IMG/VR virus record: IMGVR_UViG_3300037510_000086
Span: 1-58,253 of that record
Direction: 5' to 3' (one strand)
From: a virus
Lineage: Duplodnaviria; Caudoviricetes
DNA length: 58,253 nt
Translations under genes and position numbers: made by a program
Notes under the pieces: model-generated
Databases searched by the model: none
Told to the model about the DNA's origin: nothing
The model's input: only the letters and a program-made list of their open reading frames with translations
In this document: positions 55,048-58,253 of the stretch, one piece after another
Position numbering within the stretch: the first letter of the stretch is position 1
Layout of the letters: the number at the start of each line of letters is the position of its first letter

Positions 55048-57812
55048 CGATCATCGAGGAAGACGACTACCTCGCTCACTACGGCATCCTTCGGAAGTCG
55101 GGGCGCTATCCGTGGGGTTCCGGCAAGGACGAGACCACACGAGCGCAGACGTTCCTCACTATGGTCGCTGACTGCCGCAAGAAGGGGCTGACGGACAAGG
55201 AGATCGCTCAGGGTTTCGGTATGACAACTACCGAACTCCGTGCGACCACCACCCTGGCAAACAATGCCAACTCGCGAGCCAAGATCGCTCAGGCCGAGAG
55301 GCTGAAGAAAAAGGGATGGTCGAATATGGCCATCGGCAGAGAGATGGGTATCGGAGAGTCTTCTGTCCGTGCCCTTCTTGAGCCTGGCCGTAAGGAGCGC
55401 AACGACATCCTGACAGCCACCGCTCAGATGCTTCGCGATGAGGTGGCCAAGAGCACATACATCGACGTCGGCAAGGGCGTTGAGCTCCACCGAGGTATCA
55501 GCGCTGAGAAGCTGAATGCTGCCGTCTCCGTTCTGAAGACCGAAGGATACGTCGTCCATAAGGTGCCCGTGCGACAGCTGGGTACTGGTAAGGACACGAA
55601 GGTCAAGGTTCTCTGTCCGCCCGGAACCACTTTCGGCGACGTCATGAAGAACCGTTCGGAGATCAAGCAGATCGTCCCGTACTCGACCGACCGCGGCCTC
55701 TCGTTCAACGACATCAAGCCGCCCATCTCGATTGACTCCAAGCGGGTCAAAGTTCGGTACGCCGATGAAGGCGGAACGCTTCGGGATGGTGTCATTCAGG
55801 TTCGCCCTGGTGTGAAGGACACATCTCTTGGTAACGCGACCTATGCTCAGGTTCGCGTCGCCGTCGACGGTAGTCACTACCTCAAGGGTATGGCTATGCG
55901 TGGGGACCCTAAGGACTTCCCGCCTGGCGTGGACCTGATCTTCAACACGAACAAGTCCAATACTGGTAACAAGCTCGACGCCATGAAGCCCATGGGTAAG
56001 GACCCAAAAGATCCGTTTGGCGCTACGATCGACCACCAGATCCAGGACACCGACTCTTTCGGGCGCAAGCATGTCACTTCGGTGATGAACATCGTCAATG
56101 CTGAAGGCCGATGGGATGAGTGGAACAGAACCCTCTCGTCTCAGATGCTTTCCAAGCAAAGTCAGGTTCTCGCCGCAAAGCAGCTCGGTCTCGTTCGTGA
56201 ACGAAAGCAGCGCGAGCTCGACGACATTATGTCGGTCACCAATCCTACCCTCAGGGAACACCTCCTCGAAAAATATGCAGAATCGACAGATGCCGCAGCT
56301 GTGCATCTGAAGGCTGCTGCTATGCCGAGGCAGGCAACCAAGGTAATTCTTCCCCTGACGAAGATCAGCGAGAATGAGGTTTACGCACCCACCTTCAAGA
56401 ACGGTGAGCGTGTAGTTCTCGTTCGTTTCCCTCATGGCGGAACGTTCGAGATCCCCGAACTCGTGGTCAACAACAGGGTGCCTGAGGGTAAGTCTGTCAT
56501 CGGGCCCAATGCTCGTGACGCTATCGGCATCCACCCCAAGGTCGCGGAGCGACTGTCCGGTGCGGACTTCGATGGCGACACTGTGTTGGTGATCCCGAAC
56601 AATGAGGGCCGGATCAAGAACAGCCCGCCTCTTGAGGGTCTTAAGGACTTCGACCCTAAGGTGTACAAGCTGCCTGAAGGTGCTCCTGTCATCAGTGCCC
56701 GTACCAAGGGTATTGAGATGGGTAAGGTGTCGAACCTCATCACCGACATGACCATTGGTGGTGCGCCGTTCCCTGAGATCGAGCGTGCTGTCAGACATTC
56801 CATGGTCGTGATCGATGCTGAGAAACACAAGCTCGACTACAAGCAGTCAGCCATCGACAACGGAATCTCGGCCCTCACAAAGAAGTACCAACGAAAGGGT
56901 GGTGGTGCATCCACTGTCATCTCCAACTCCGGGTCCAACGCCAAGATCGAAGTCCCTGAGCGCAAGCTCCGATCTGCCAAGGATGGCGGTCCTATCGACC
57001 GTGCTACTGGCAAGCTTGTCTATGTGCCTACGGGCAGGAAGACATCTGAGACCAAGATCGTTGACCCTGAAACGGGAAAGACAAAGTGGGTCGCTTCATA
57101 CAGGGTTCGCCCTGACACTCAGGTTGTGAAGCGTGATGGAGAACCTGTCACACGTGAAGCTCCTGTAATGGAGAAGGTGGCAAAGCTTGCGTCTACTGAC
57201 GATGCTCGCACCTTCATGTCGAAGAACCCGACACCCATCGAGAAGATCTATGCAGATCACTCGAACGCATTGAAGAGCATGGCCAACGAAGCACGAAAGG
57301 CCACGCTTGACATCAAGCCCATCGAACGCTCCCCTTCTGCGGCCCAGACCTACGCCAACGAAGTCAAGCGTCTCGATGCGGCGTTGAACCTGGCTCTCAT
57401 GAACGCCCCCCTCGAAAGGCAGGCCCAGATCATTGGGAATGCCATCTACCGCCAGAAGCTCCACGACAATCCGAACATGGATGAGGGAGACAAGAAGAAG
57501 GCGTCTTCGAAGGCTCTTGAGGAAGCTCGAATCAGGACCGGTGCGAACAAGCACAGGATCAAGATCTCTCCTCGTGAGTGGGAGGCAATCCAAGCAGGAG
57601 CCATCAGTCCTAGCAAACTGAAGGACATCCTGGACAACACCGATACAGACAAGCTCAAGGAACTGGCCATGCCTCGTGAGGCAGTGGTCCATGACCCGGC
57701 CATGCGGGCTCGTGGTGCTGACCTCATCCGACGTGGGTACACGCAGGCTGAGGTAGCCGATCACCTTGGGATCTCGGTGTCCACTCTAGTGTCCATGCTG
57801 AGTGGGAAGTGA
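55044..57812 (+). CDS. Putative single-chain two-barrel RNA polymerase with HTH domains and an N-terminal LAHYG tag
   Basis: LVRFPH, AIGIHP, RLSGADFDGD (DFDGD at 56565-56579); HTH-like segments GLTDKEIAQGFG, GWSNMAIGREMG, GYTQAEVADHLG. Confidence 0.75.
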   Translation: MTIIEEDDYLAHYGILRKSGRYPWGSGKDETTRAQTFLTMVADCRKKGLTDKEIAQGFGMTTTELRATTTLANNANSRAKIAQAERLKKKGWSNMAIGREMGIGESSVRALLEPGRKERNDILTATAQMLRDEVAKSTYIDVGKGVELHRGISAEKLNAAVSVLKTEGYVVHKVPVRQLGTGKDTKVKVLCPPGTTFGDVMKNRSEIKQIVPYSTDRGLSFNDIKPPISIDSKRVKVRYADEGGTLRDGVIQVRPGVKDTSLGNATYAQVRVAVDGSHYLKGMAMRGDPKDFPPGVDLIFNTNKSNTGNKLDAMKPMGKDPKDPFGATIDHQIQDTDSFGRKHVTSVMNIVNAEGRWDEWNRTLSSQMLSKQSQVLAAKQLGLVRERKQRELDDIMSVTNPTLREHLLEKYAESTDAAAVHLKAAAMPRQATKVILPLTKISENEVYAPTFKNGERVVLVRFPHGGTFEIPELVVNNRVPEGKSVIGPNARDAIGIHPKVAERLSGADFDGDTVLVIPNNEGRIKNSPPLEGLKDFDPKVYKLPEGAPVISARTKGIEMGKVSNLITDMTIGGAPFPEIERAVRHSMVVIDAEKHKLDYKQSAIDNGISALTKKYQRKGGGASTVISNSGSNAKIEVPERKLRSAKDGGPIDRATGKLVYVPTGRKTSETKIVDPETGKTKWVASYRVRPDTQVVKRDGEPVTREAPVMEKVAKLASTDDARTFMSKNPTPIEKIYADHSNALKSMANEARKATLDIKPIERSPSAAQTYANEVKRLDAALNLALMNAPLERQAQIIGNAIYRQKLHDNPNMDEGDKKKASSKALEEARIRTGANKHRIKISPREWEAIQAGAISPSKLKDILDNTDTDKLKELAMPREAVVHDPAMRARGADLIRRGYTQAEVADHLGISVSTLVSMLSGK

Positions 57813-58075
57813 GTGACATGGCAGAACGCATGCTCACAACAGATGACAACCCATACGATCCATTCACACAGTGGACCGAATGGGATCAGTATGACCGGCA
57901 GATGGGGTACCACACCACGGCCATCCTCGCTCGCCTAGTCAGGGACTCTCACGAGTTGCCTGAAGCTGTGCGCAGTCAGGCCATAGAGGATGCCATCGAT
58001 GACTTCCTAGACGTCATCGTCACTGCCACAGACGCCAAGTACAAGACAGTCGAAGCACCAGCCAAGGCTGCCTAG
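57809..58075 (+). CDS. Conserved small acidic protein after the RNAP
   Basis: GTGA overlap; MLTTDDNPYDPFTQWTEW. Confidence 0.7.
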   Translation: MSDMAERMLTTDDNPYDPFTQWTEWDQYDRQMGYHTTAILARLVRDSHELPEAVRSQAIEDAIDDFLDVIVTATDAKYKTVEAPAKAA

Positions 58076-58215
58076 TTCTAGGTGTCGCACCAAGCTGGCC
58101 AGAGGTCGGTTGGAGTTCTCCGTGCGGGCCGCGTCCCCCTCGCGATCCCGGAAAATTCTGACCGACCTCTGGCCTTCCAGCTTCCGATACATGGCTTCCC
58201 AATTTTTGTCAGACC

Positions 58216-58247
58216 GGGGGGAGGGGTCCGCAAAAATGACCCCCCTC
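58216..58247. other. Terminal G/C inverted repeat, probably cos-adjacent
   Basis: ggggggaggggtc-cgcaaaaat-gacccccctc near the right end. Confidence 0.45.
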
Positions 58248-58253
58248 TAGCAT

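Larger units (their letters stand above)
1..58253 (+). mobile_element. Lytic tailed bacteriophage (siphovirus) genome, actinobacterial and probably Streptomyces host
   Basis: Terminase, portal, protease-capsid, tail tube, tape measure, endolysin, holin, DNA polymerase and helicase all lie on one strand. High GC, no integrase or repressor seen, non-coding structured ends. Confidence 0.93.

Noticed and set aside
6643-57764. Long minus-strand ORFs (e.g. 6643..8070, 8413..9972, 21612..23165, 38591..39985, 55005..56828)
   Set aside because: They are antisense shadows of + strand genes caused by high-GC codon bias, and have no recognisable motifs.
1-58253. Integrase, repressor, tRNA or rRNA genes, IS elements, reverse transcriptase / DGR
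   Set aside because: No supporting motifs were seen by eye; tRNAscan and HMM searches would be needed to exclude them formally.

Overview
The window looks like a complete or near-complete ~58 kb lytic siphovirus genome from a high-GC actinobacterial host, probably Streptomyces. From memory (not a database search), the gene order resembles Streptomyces cluster BI / ReqiPepy6-like phages. Essentially all real genes are on the + strand. The layout is: packaging, lysis and virion genes (1-25.3 kb); an accessory region of small membrane-protein cassettes (25.3-38.6 kb); a fused helicase-primase-PolB gene and many small hypothetical genes (38.6-52 kb); then an SF2 helicase, an AT-rich palindrome (likely origin), nucleases and a 922-aa protein with a DFDGD two-barrel RNA polymerase motif. 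The best candidate for an undescribed system links three parts. (i) The single-chain two-barrel RNAP. (ii) A shared L-x-H-[HY]-G...W-G tag on the RNAP, a GNAT acetyltransferase and a 2H-phosphoesterase fusion. It matches the x-x-H sites in the protease-capsid precursor, which suggests protease-processed, head-packaged cargo. (iii) Nine fixed-spacing 31-bp elements, TCGCR-N3-AWWACA-N5-T-N4-TGAGACC, each heading a promoter-ORF-terminator cassette; one cassette has only an RNA hairpin and no ORF. Other highlights are an orphan ATP-grasp RiPP (graspetide) precursor, a TerD gene, three structured intergenic RNAs, a second motif TCAAAATGG and three internal paralog families. I saw no integrase, tRNA or CRISPR array. 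All functional calls come from motif reading, not database searches.
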